From Nanobdellota archaeon (lineage in GTDB: Archaea > Nanobdellota > Nanobdellia > Pacearchaeales > GW2011-AR1), in assembly GCA_018830525.1 (NCBI GenBank), contig JAHJSH010000029.1, positions 41,526 through 105,525 of the forward strand: a DNA stretch of 64,000 nucleotides, in the 5' to 3' direction. The notes beneath the pieces are model-generated. The model was not told the origin of the DNA, did not search any database, and was given only the letters and a program-made list of their open reading frames with translations. Made by a program: the position numbers and the translations under genes. This document shows positions 34,668 to 42,411 of the stretch, piece by piece (the first letter of the stretch is position 1; the number at the start of each line of letters is the position of its first letter).

Positions 34668-35114
34668 ATGGTAGAAAAGAAAAAAACGACGAAAAAGAAA
34701 GTAATGAAGATAGTTGCACCCAAAGGTGTACACCAAGGAGGTGCGAGAACCTCTTCGAGGCCTCCGGCCCAGAAGGTATCCGCTAACGCGGACAAGGTCG
34801 GCAAAACTGCGGGCTGTAAAGATAGACTTTGTCCTGAACATGGAGATAGAAAATTGAAGATGCGAGGACGAACCTTTGAGGGAATTGTTATTAAGAAACT
34901 TCCCGGAAGAGTTACAATTCAATTTGAGAGAATGCTTAAGGTTCCAAAATATGAAAGATATGAAAAGCGAAAGACAAAGATCCATGCGAGATTGCCGGAT
35001 TGTATGAATGATGACGTTGCTGAAGGGGATTTGATTCAGATTGCGGAGACTCGTCCGATTTCTAAGATGATTCATTTTGTTGTAAGTAAAGTTGTGCGGA
35101 GGAAAACAGAATGA
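34668..35114 (+). CDS. rps17: ribosomal protein S17 with N-terminal extension
   Basis: GRTFEGIVIKKLPGRVTIQFER ... IHARLP. Confidence 0.88.
   Translation: MVEKKKTTKKKVMKIVAPKGVHQGGARTSSRPPAQKVSANADKVGKTAGCKDRLCPEHGDRKLKMRGRTFEGIVIKKLPGRVTIQFERMLKVPKYERYEKRKTKIHARLPDCMNDDVAEGDLIQIAETRPISKMIHFVVSKVVRRKTE
34716..34807 (+). repeat. long (92-nt) family-3 variant inside the rps17 5' region
   Basis: GCACCCAAAGGTGTACACCAAGGAGGTGCGAGAACCTCTTCGAGGCCTCCGGCCCAG...GGTCGGCAAAAC; paralogous copy at 40356. Confidence 0.85.
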
Positions 35115-35512
35115 AAGCAGTAAGTGGACGAGCAACTCGAAGTTTGAATATTGGAAGTATTTTGGAGGCTTGTGATAATAGTGGGGCCCGAATTTGTAAG
35201 ATTGTCGGAGTTAAACATAGTAAAACAAGTAAGGGACGAATGACTTATGCTAAAATTGCGGACCAGGTTAAAGTTTCTGTTCGGAAGGGAGATCCAAAGA
35301 TGAAGGGAGAAATTTTCGATGCTGTTTTGGTTAGACAGAGAAAGCCTTGGAGAAGGAATACTGGAGAACGAGTTTGTTTCAGTGATAATGCAGTTGCACT
35401 TTTGAAAGATGAAAAGGGAAATCCGAAGGGAACTCAGATCAAGGGAGCTGTTGCAAGAGAAGTTCAGGAAAGATGGAAGGAGGTCGCTAAAATAGCGAGT
35501 ACAATTTATTAA
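35111..35512 (+). CDS. rpl14: ribosomal protein L14
   Basis: LEACDNSGARICKIVGV. Confidence 0.92.
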   Translation: MKAVSGRATRSLNIGSILEACDNSGARICKIVGVKHSKTSKGRMTYAKIADQVKVSVRKGDPKMKGEIFDAVLVRQRKPWRRNTGERVCFSDNAVALLKDEKGNPKGTQIKGAVAREVQERWKEVAKIASTIY

Positions 35513-35513
35513 C

Positions 35514-35978
35514 ATGAAATCAGAATTTAGTAAAACATGGAATTCGAGTAAGCAGCCAAGAAAGCAAGTTAAATTCAGAGCAAATGCTCCAAATCATATT
35601 AAGAGAACTTTTATGGGTTCAACTTTGGATAAAGCACTTAGAACAAAATATGGAATGAGAAATATTGAAGTTCGAAAAGGCGACGAAGTGAAGATTATGC
35701 GAGGAAAGTTCAGAGGTAAGCAAGGGAAGGTTGGAACTGTTGATGTTAAACACACTCGAGTTCAGATTGATGGAGTTCAGAGAGCTAAGAAAGGCGGCGA
35801 GAAAGTTGAGACTTGGTTTCACCCATCAAATGTAAAGATTATTGTTTTGAATAGTGACGATAGGAAGAGAATGAAAAAGGGTAAGATTGAAGAAAAAGTT
35901 CCGGCTAAAGAAATTAAACCAGCGACGAAGAAAGTTGTGGAGAAGACACCTAGTGTACCTTTGGAGGGCAAAAAATAA
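35514..35978 (+). CDS. rpl24: ribosomal protein L24 with C-terminal extension
   Basis: KOW motif MRGKFRGKQGKVGTVD. Confidence 0.88.
   Translation: MKSEFSKTWNSSKQPRKQVKFRANAPNHIKRTFMGSTLDKALRTKYGMRNIEVRKGDEVKIMRGKFRGKQGKVGTVDVKHTRVQIDGVQRAKKGGEKVETWFHPSNVKIIVLNSDDRKRMKKGKIEEKVPAKEIKPATKKVVEKTPSVPLEGKK
35945..35975 (+). repeat. family-3 module at the rpl24 stop / rps4e start junction
   Basis: GACACCTAGTGTACCTTTGGAGGGCAAAAAA followed by TAATG. Confidence 0.7.
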
Positions 35979-36778
35979 TGGCACATATTAAGAAAACACA
36001 AATGCCCAAGTCGTGGCCAGTCCCGAGAAAAGGTAGGGGAAAGAGATTTGTAGCTGTGCCAAGCCATGCGACTAGTAAGGGAATTTCTTTATTGTTCTTG
36101 CTTCGAGATGTTTTAAAAATTGTTAATACTCGGAAGGAAGCAAGGCATATGACACTTAATGGGATGGTTAAAATTAATAATGTTACTCGGAAAGATGAGA
36201 ATTTTCCAGTTCAAGTTTTTGATACAGTTAACTTGTCCTCAAAGGATGACTCCTCAAAGGATGACTCCTCAAAGGATGACTCCTCAAAGGATGACTCCTC
36301 AAAGGATGACTCCTCAAAGGATGACTCCTCAAAGGATGACTCTGGTGAGCCTTCTGGTGAGCCTTCTGGTGAGCCCGAAAAGACTAAGTTGAATTATAAG
36401 TTGGAGATTATTAATAAGAAGTTTAGTTTGGTGGAGATTTCGGCTAAGGAAGCAGAGACTAAGATTGTTAAGATTGTTGGAAAGAGAACAATTGGAAAAG
36501 ATAAGATTCAGATGAACCTTGATGATGGACAGAATGTTTTGACTAAAGAGAAATTCTCCATCGGGGATTCTGTTGTTTTGAACACTAAGGAGACTAAGAT
36601 TGTTAAGATTCTTCCCTTGAAGGAAGGGGCTAAGATTGAAGTTGTTCTTGGAAAGCATGCAGGTGAGAAGGGCGAACTTGTTGGATTCGATGAATTGGTT
36701 CGGGGAAGAAATTATAAAATTAAATTAGAAGATAGGACTGTGAGTTTGCCTTATAAGACTATCTTGGTGATTGCATAA
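35978..36778 (+). CDS. rps4e: ribosomal protein S4e with internal low-complexity repeat insert
   Basis: MAHIKKTQMPKSWPVPRKGRGKRFVAVPSH. Confidence 0.9.
   Translation: MAHIKKTQMPKSWPVPRKGRGKRFVAVPSHATSKGISLLFLLRDVLKIVNTRKEARHMTLNGMVKINNVTRKDENFPVQVFDTVNLSSKDDSSKDDSSKDDSSKDDSSKDDSSKDDSSKDDSGEPSGEPSGEPEKTKLNYKLEIINKKFSLVEISAKEAETKIVKIVGKRTIGKDKIQMNLDDGQNVLTKEKFSIGDSVVLNTKETKIVKILPLKEGAKIEVVLGKHAGEKGELVGFDELVRGRNYKIKLEDRTVSLPYKTILVIA
36236..36376 (+). repeat. perfect 7 x 15 bp plus 3 x 12 bp tandem repeats in-frame in rps4e
   Basis: TCCTCAAAGGATGAC x7 (SSKDD) then TCTGGTGAGCCT x3 (SGEP). Confidence 0.95.
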
Positions 36779-36779
36779 A

Positions 36780-37325
36780 ATGACAGCAGAACAAAAAATG
36801 GCTAATCCTATGAGAGAAATTAAGTTGGAGAAAGTTATTTTAAATATTGGTGGAGTTGCTGAGAAGCTTGACAAGGGAGTTATTTTACTTGAGAAGATCA
36901 GTGGCAAGAAAGCGATTAAGGTTAAAGCGACAAAGAGAATTCCGACATGGAATGTTCGACCTGGATTAGAAGTTGGAACAAAAGTTACTCTTCGAGGAGA
37001 AAAAGCTGTTGAGATGATTAAGAAATTATTGCCTGCGATTGATAATACTTTGAAGGAAAAACAAATTCAGCCAAATTGTTTCTCTTTTGGAATTCATGAA
37101 TATATTGAAATTCCAGGGGTGGAGTATATTAGGGAAGTTGGAATCATGGGATTCGAGGTAACTGTTGTTTTCACACGAGCTGGAAAGGCGGTTGAGAAGA
37201 AAAAAGTTAAGCGAGGAAAGGCGCGAAGAATAACTGTAACGCGAGAAGAGATTGAAGAATATTTAGTAACTAAATTTAACACCGAGATTTTGCGAAAGCA
37301 AAAGAAGGTTGTAGAGGAAGATTAA
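36780..37325 (+). CDS. rpl5: ribosomal protein L5
   Basis: NPMREIKLEKVILNIGG. Confidence 0.9.
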   Translation: MTAEQKMANPMREIKLEKVILNIGGVAEKLDKGVILLEKISGKKAIKVKATKRIPTWNVRPGLEVGTKVTLRGEKAVEMIKKLLPAIDNTLKEKQIQPNCFSFGIHEYIEIPGVEYIREVGIMGFEVTVVFTRAGKAVEKKKVKRGKARRITVTREEIEEYLVTKFNTEILRKQKKVVEED

Positions 37326-37376
37326 AATGAAAGTGAATTATAAATTCTCATTCATAAAAATTGGGAGAGCATTTTT

Positions 37377-37607
37377 ATGACAGCGAGCGATTGGAGAAAA
37401 ATAACTAGACAGCTTCGAGGAAAGCCTGCTGTTTTGAAGAAGTTTTTGAAACATAATAAGCCCAAGGCTCGAGCTTTTGGAGTTGCTGCTCAGAAATGTG
37501 AAGTTTGTGGAAGACACGGCGCACATATTTCATCTTATAATCTAAATTTGTGTCGACACTGTTTCAGAGAGTTGGCAGTTGAACTCGGGTTCAAGAAATA
37601 TTCATAA
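37377..37607 (+). CDS. rps14: ribosomal protein S14 (zinc type) with N-terminal extension
   Basis: CEVCGRHGAHISSYNLNLCRHCFRELAVELGFKKYS. Confidence 0.88.
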   Translation: MTASDWRKITRQLRGKPAVLKKFLKHNKPKARAFGVAAQKCEVCGRHGAHISSYNLNLCRHCFRELAVELGFKKYS

Positions 37608-37608
37608 A

Positions 37609-37845
37609 ATGGTAGAAAATAAACAATATACAATAATCGGGCAAGTATACGGGGATATAGGAAGTGCATATAAAAGCTTGGCATTGGGACATATTAATTT
37701 AGCTAATAATTCGGAGAGACAGGCTAGAAGACTATTTGATGAATCATCTCAGGAGGCTGAGATTAATCTGGCAATTAGAGAAGATGTAGAAAAATCCTTA
37801 GGCACACTTATTCAGCATATAAATAAAGTGGAGGAAGCACAATGA
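37609..37845 (+). CDS. orphan ORF between rps14 and rps8
   Basis: ATG 1 nt after the rps14 stop; its stop overlaps the rps8 start (ATGA); no family recognised. Confidence 0.5.
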   Translation: MVENKQYTIIGQVYGDIGSAYKSLALGHINLANNSERQARRLFDESSQEAEINLAIREDVEKSLGTLIQHINKVEEAQ

Positions 37846-38219
37846 GTCAAGATATAGTATCCGATGGATTAAACCAAATAATGAATGCGAAGAGAATTGA
37901 GAAGCGAGAACTTACAATTAGGAAGTACTCAAAAGTTCTACTTGGATTATTCAAAATGATGAAGGAGAAAGGCAACATCGATTATGAAGTTAATGAAGAA
38001 GCTAAAACAGTTAGTGTTAAGATTATCAAGTTGAACGAATGTAAAGCGATCAAGCCGAGGTATTACGTTGGTGTTGATGATATCGATAAATATTTGAGAA
38101 GGTTCTTACCTTCGAGAAATTTCGGGAGTTTAGTAATCTCTACAAATCAAGGATTGTTAAATCATAAGGAAGCAGTTAAGAATGAAATTGGAGGAAGCGT
38201 AATTGCTTATTTCTATTAA
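37842..38219 (+). CDS. rps8: ribosomal protein S8
   Basis: DIVSDGLNQIMNAKRIEKRE. Confidence 0.9.
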   Translation: MSQDIVSDGLNQIMNAKRIEKRELTIRKYSKVLLGLFKMMKEKGNIDYEVNEEAKTVSVKIIKLNECKAIKPRYYVGVDDIDKYLRRFLPSRNFGSLVISTNQGLLNHKEAVKNEIGGSVIAYFY

Positions 38220-38281
38220 GATGAACAAAGTAACATCAAAGATGTTTCATAAATTCATTTGTTCAATGGAGGATATGAAAA

Positions 38282-38824
38282 ATGAATAAGGATTTGGAAA
38301 GAATTATTGAGATCCCGGAAGGAGTTGAAGTTGTTGTTAGTAAAAACAAGGTAACTGTTAAGGGAAATGGAAAGGAACTTGTTCGAGAATTTGATAAGGG
38401 GAAAGTTTCTATGGCCGTAGCTGATGGAAAGTTTGTTTTAACCGCTAAGGGTGCCACTCGAAGAGAATCTAAGATGATTGGAACAATCTGGGCACATTTG
38501 AAGAATATGATTAAAGGTGTTGGAAAAGAATTTGTTTACGAACTTGAAATTGCTAATGTCCATTTCCCTATGAATGTTAAGGCTGGGGGAGATAAGGTTA
38601 CTATCAAATCATTTTTGGGAGAAACAACATTGAGAGAAGCTAGAATTATGCCTAATGCGAAAGTAGAGGTTAAGGGAAGTCAGATTACAGTTACATCTCA
38701 CGACATCGAGGCTGCTGGACAAACTGCGGCTAACTTGGAGAAGGCTACACGATTAACTGGAAGAGACCGGAGAATTTTTCAGGATGGAATTTTCATAACT
38801 AAAAAACCGTACAGAGTAATTTAA
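38282..38824 (+). CDS. rpl6: ribosomal protein L6
   Basis: IPEGVEVVVSKNKVTVKGNGKEL; SD GGAGG upstream. Confidence 0.9.
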   Translation: MNKDLERIIEIPEGVEVVVSKNKVTVKGNGKELVREFDKGKVSMAVADGKFVLTAKGATRRESKMIGTIWAHLKNMIKGVGKEFVYELEIANVHFPMNVKAGGDKVTIKSFLGETTLREARIMPNAKVEVKGSQITVTSHDIEAAGQTAANLEKATRLTGRDRRIFQDGIFITKKPYRVI

Positions 38825-38825
38825 T

Positions 38826-39269
38826 ATGGTAGAAAAAGAAAAACCTACAGCGAGAAAGAAACCAGGATTTTTGAGAAAGGACTGGCACAAACATATCAAG
38901 TTAGGTAAGACTGTGAAGAAGGCTCGGAAGTGGAGAGCTGCTAAAGGGCGACAGAATAAGATTCGATTGGGAGTAAAGGGACATCAGGCAAGGCCAAAAG
39001 TTGGATGGTGTGCTGATGCGAGGACTAAAGGTTTCGTTGGAGGAATCGAGGCTGTTAGAGTAGAAAATATAAAAGAAATGGAAGCTGTGAAGGCCCTCAA
39101 CAGGCATGACTCTGGTGAGCCTAAAGGAATAGGAGTTATTATCGGATCGGTTGGGAAGAAAAAGAAAACGGAATTAATTGCAAAAGCGAAAGAAATGAAA
39201 ATTACAATTTTAAACAAATACAAAAAGGAGGAGAAGGTTGCACCGAGTGTACCCTTGGAGGGAAAATGA
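38826..39269 (+). CDS. rpl32e: ribosomal protein L32e
   Basis: PGFLRKDWHKHIKLG ... WRAAKGRQNK. Confidence 0.88.
   Translation: MVEKEKPTARKKPGFLRKDWHKHIKLGKTVKKARKWRAAKGRQNKIRLGVKGHQARPKVGWCADARTKGFVGGIEAVRVENIKEMEAVKALNRHDSGEPKGIGVIIGSVGKKKKTELIAKAKEMKITILNKYKKEEKVAPSVPLEGK
39240..39266 (+). repeat. family-3 module at the rpl32e end / rpl19e start junction
   Basis: GCACCGAGTGTACCCTTGGAGGGAAAA followed by ATGA. Confidence 0.7.
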
Positions 39270-39670
39270 ATTTAGCAAAGAAGAAAGAATTGGCGGCGAA
39301 AGTTTTGAAAGTTGGAAAGAACAGAATCGTTTTTGTAGAAGGACATTTGTTAGAAATTAAGGAAGCTATCACAAGATTGGATATCAAGGATCTTCATAAG
39401 GCAGGTGCAATTCAGATTAAGGAAGTTGGTGGACGAAAGAAAATTGTTAGAAGGAAACACCGAAGGAGAACCGGTAAGATTAAGAAAAAAGTTAATACAC
39501 GAAAGGCGGACTATGTGATTATTACTCGGAAATTGAGAGCGTTTGTTCGAGGGCTTGTTAGAACTGGTGCAATTGACAAAGAACAGAATCGGGACATCCG
39601 AAAAGAGATTCGGGCTAGAGGATTCAAAAGTAAAAGACATTTAAAGGAGAGTTTGGAGGAAACTAAGTAA
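39266..39670 (+). CDS. rpl19e: ribosomal protein L19e
   Basis: MNLAKKKELAAKVLKVGKNRI. Confidence 0.9.
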   Translation: MNLAKKKELAAKVLKVGKNRIVFVEGHLLEIKEAITRLDIKDLHKAGAIQIKEVGGRKKIVRRKHRRRTGKIKKKVNTRKADYVIITRKLRAFVRGLVRTGAIDKEQNRDIRKEIRARGFKSKRHLKESLEETK

Positions 39671-39764
39671 AATGATACATAAAATATTATGCAATGACAA
39701 AGTCCTTGCGGATCACCCAGTAGGTGATCTGGTGATCAAAAAACTTGGAGGTTTTTGCTAATGG
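39668..39764 (+). promoter_or_regulatory. long family-1 cassette with embedded family-4 element, filling the rpl19e-rpl18 spacer
   Basis: Near-identical to 33276-33372. Confidence 0.8.
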
Positions 39765-40273
39765 GACTAAGAACAATGAAACGAAGGAGAAAGGAAAACA
39801 AGACAGACTACAAATTGAGAACTGGTTTGTTGAAGTCAGGAATTCCGAGGATAGTTGTACGAAGGACGAATAAGTATTTTATTCTTCAAGCTGTTGAAAG
39901 TCATGAGGCTCAAGATAAAGTTATCGCAACAATTACTTCTAAAGAGCTTTTGTCCCCAAGGGATGGCCCTGATGGCCCCAATAATGGGTGGGATGCTAAG
40001 AAGAGTGGAAGTTTGAAATCTATCCCGGCAGGATATTTAACCGGGTTGTTATTCGCTAAGAAATTAAAATCTGGGAAATATATTGTGGATCTTGGAATGG
40101 CTCGAACAGAATCTGGTTCAAGAGTATTCGCAGTTGTTAAAGGTTTGATTGATGGTGGCTTGGACATTTCGGCTAATGAGGAAGTTTTCCCTTCGGAAGA
40201 GAGATTGAGTGGAGAACATTTAAAAGAAGATGTTAAGGCAATGATTGCAAAAGTTAAGGGAGGCTTAAAATAA
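39761..40273 (+). CDS. rpl18: ribosomal protein L18
   Basis: RRRKENKTDYKLR ... IVVRRTNKYFILQAV. Confidence 0.9.
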   Translation: MGLRTMKRRRKENKTDYKLRTGLLKSGIPRIVVRRTNKYFILQAVESHEAQDKVIATITSKELLSPRDGPDGPNNGWDAKKSGSLKSIPAGYLTGLLFAKKLKSGKYIVDLGMARTESGSRVFAVVKGLIDGGLDISANEEVFPSEERLSGEHLKEDVKAMIAKVKGGLK

Positions 40274-40274
40274 G

Positions 40275-41246
40275 ATGGCAGTTACTGGGGAGGATAAGAA
40301 AGAGAAGCAGGCAGAGGAATTGGCTGAGAAAGAAATGGAGAAAGATTTAGACGCAGCACCCAAGGATGTACACCAAGGAGGTGCGAGAACCTCTTCGAAG
40401 CCTCCGGCCCAGATGGCATCCACTGACGCGGACAAGGTCGGCAAAGAACTATTGAAAGAAATGGAGAAGGTAGTTGAAGCTGAAGAGAAAAAGAAAGATA
40501 AAAAAATATCTAAGGAATTTGATGCTAAGGCTAAGACTGATGAAGGTCGAGGAGAATGGAAGAGAGAATCTCGGGAAGACAGATTTGCTAGGGAGGCTCA
40601 GGAGAAATTGGATAATTGGGTACCGAGAACTCAGTTAGGAAAAGATGTTCGAGCTGGGAAGGTTAAGAGTATTGAGGAAGTTTTTGATGCAGGACAAAAA
40701 ATATTGGAGCCAGAAATTGTTGACCTTTTGGTTAAGGGTTTGCATACAGATACTTTATTTATTGGACAAGCAAAAGGAAAGTTTGGTGGGGGAAAACGAA
40801 GAGCATTCAGACAAACTCAAAAGAAAACTAAGGAAGGAAATGTTTTGACTTTTGGAGTTATGGCTGTTGTCGGAGATGGACACGGACATGTTGGTATTGG
40901 ATATGGGCGGGCTGCTGAAACCTTGCCGGCGAAAGAGAAAGCAGTTAGAAAAGCTAAGTTAAATATTGTTAAGATTCCTCGGGGATGTGCAAGTTATGAT
41001 TGTTCATGTGATGAGGACCATAGTATTCCTATCGCGGTTGAGGGAAAATGCTCTTCAGTAATAGTTAAGTTAATGCCGGCACCCCAGGGAACTGGTTTAG
41101 TTATTGGAAATGAAATGAAGAAGATTTTAAGGGCAGTTGGAATTAAAGACGTTTATGGAAAATGTTCTGGGAAAGTTAAAACTACATTTAATACTGCTAA
41201 GGCTTGTATGGCTGCTTTGAATAAATTAGGAGAGATTCAATATTAA
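40275..41246 (+). CDS. rps5: ribosomal protein S5 with about 100-aa N-terminal extension
   Basis: WVPRTQLGKDVRAGKV ... VVGDGHGHVGIGYGRA. Confidence 0.9.
   Translation: MAVTGEDKKEKQAEELAEKEMEKDLDAAPKDVHQGGARTSSKPPAQMASTDADKVGKELLKEMEKVVEAEEKKKDKKISKEFDAKAKTDEGRGEWKRESREDRFAREAQEKLDNWVPRTQLGKDVRAGKVKSIEEVFDAGQKILEPEIVDLLVKGLHTDTLFIGQAKGKFGGGKRRAFRQTQKKTKEGNVLTFGVMAVVGDGHGHVGIGYGRAAETLPAKEKAVRKAKLNIVKIPRGCASYDCSCDEDHSIPIAVEGKCSSVIVKLMPAPQGTGLVIGNEMKKILRAVGIKDVYGKCSGKVKTTFNTAKACMAALNKLGEIQY
40356..40446 (+). repeat. long family-3 variant inside the rps5 5' extension
   Basis: GCACCCAAGGATGTACACCAAGGAGGTGCGAGAACCTCTTCGAAGCCTCCGGCCCAG...GGTCGGCAAAG; about 90 percent identical by eye to 34716-34807. 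Confidence 0.85.
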
Positions 41247-41247
41247 A

Positions 41248-41592
41248 ATGGCAATTTTAGTTTTAAGAATCGCGGGGCAAGTTGCTAATCGGAAGAAAGA
41301 TAATGAAACTTTGAAGAGATTGAAGATGAATAAGAAGTTTACTGCGATTTTGGTTGAAGAGACAGACAGTATCCGAATGGGAATGGTTAAGGCTGTTGGA
41401 CATATGGTTTCTTACGGAAAGATTGATGACGCTTTCGTTAAAGAATTGAATTCAAAGAGGAAGGCAAAAGATGGAGTTTACTTTTTACATCCTCCGAGGG
41501 GGGGATTCAAGAAGAGTTCTAAGTTGCCGACACCGAAGGGAATTTTAGGTAAGCATGAAGATATCACTAAATTAGTTGGGAGAATGTTGTAG
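41248..41592 (+). CDS. rpl30: ribosomal protein L30
   Basis: ILVLRIAGQVANRKKDNETLKRLKM; position after rps5. Confidence 0.85.
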   Translation: MAILVLRIAGQVANRKKDNETLKRLKMNKKFTAILVEETDSIRMGMVKAVGHMVSYGKIDDAFVKELNSKRKAKDGVYFLHPPRGGFKKSSKLPTPKGILGKHEDITKLVGRML

Positions 41593-41596
41593 TACG

Positions 41597-42121
41597 ATGG
41601 TTAAGGTTCACAAGAGAACAAAGAATTCGCGAATTCGTGGAGCTAGAACCTGTGGTTGGGGATTCAGACAGAAGCATAAAGGTCATGGTAATAAGGGTGG
41701 TTTTGGAATGGCCGGGACTGGTAAGCGAGGAGACCATAAAAAACAATCTGCGGCAATGTCGGTTAAGGGAAAATACTTTGGGAAACAAGGAGCTACATCT
41801 AGAGGAACTCAAAAAGATAAGTCCGAAAAGATTAATTTGAAAGATATTAAGTCTAATTTCTTCAAGAAAGATGGAGATAAGATTAATTTCTCTAAACATA
41901 AGATTCTTGGAACTGGAGACGGATTTAAAGCGGAGATTACTGCTTTGAGCGCGAGTGCGGGTGCTATTGCCAAGATGGAGAAGGCTGGTGGGAAAATTAT
42001 CTTGCCAGCTAAGAAAGGTCCAGCTAAGCAATATGTTGTGAAGGAGCCCTCAATTCAGGGTACCTCTGGCGAGGCAAAGAAGGTCGAGGCTAAGGAAGAA
42101 GTTAGTGATGACAAGGAATAG
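41597..42121 (+). CDS. rpl15: ribosomal protein L15
   Basis: RTKNSRIRGARTCGWGFRQKHKGHGNKGG. Confidence 0.9.
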   Translation: MVKVHKRTKNSRIRGARTCGWGFRQKHKGHGNKGGFGMAGTGKRGDHKKQSAAMSVKGKYFGKQGATSRGTQKDKSEKINLKDIKSNFFKKDGDKINFSKHKILGTGDGFKAEITALSASAGAIAKMEKAGGKIILPAKKGPAKQYVVKEPSIQGTSGEAKKVEAKEEVSDDKE

Positions 42122-42174
42122 AGTCTACAAAACTTTATAAATATTAAATTATTTAGATAAGTAAGAATAATAAC

Positions 42175-42408
42175 ATGGAAAAAGTAATGGTTACATTTGA
42201 TGAAGGATCTAAGGAGGATGTTGTTGCAGCCTTGGGATTGGTTGAATCTGAAGAGACTTTGAAAGATTCAGAAGGTTTATTTATTACTAATCAGAATTTT
42301 GAAGGAGTGGAGTTAAAAAATTTTGGAGGAGTTTTGATGGGATCAAAGGTTTTTATAAATAATGACTCTATTGAATTAGTTAAGTTTTTTTCTTCCCATT
42401 TAGAATAG
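42175..42408 (+). CDS. hypothetical small acidic protein, first gene of a 2-gene insert between rpl15 and secY
   Basis: ORF with its own TATA-like TTTATAAATA upstream. Confidence 0.45.
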   Translation: MEKVMVTFDEGSKEDVVAALGLVESEETLKDSEGLFITNQNFEGVELKNFGGVLMGSKVFINNDSIELVKFFSSHLE

Positions 42409-42411
42409 GTC

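Noticed and set aside
34288-35515. Minus-strand ORFs across sui1/rps17/rpl14 (34288..34578, 34307..34612, 34641..35135, 35072..35515)
   Set aside because: They lie antisense to tightly packed, clearly recognisable r-protein genes.
36159-36392. Alternative-frame ORF encoding PQRMT repeats
   Set aside because: It is a frame-shifted reading of the 15-bp repeat inside rps4e; the S4e frame is continuous and homologous on both sides.
17630-40446. Family-3 and family-4 modules as box C/D sRNAs or K-turn (L7Ae) sites
   Set aside because: I could find no RUGAUGA/CUGA box pairs and no tandem sheared G-A motif with a 3-nt bulge in the copies.
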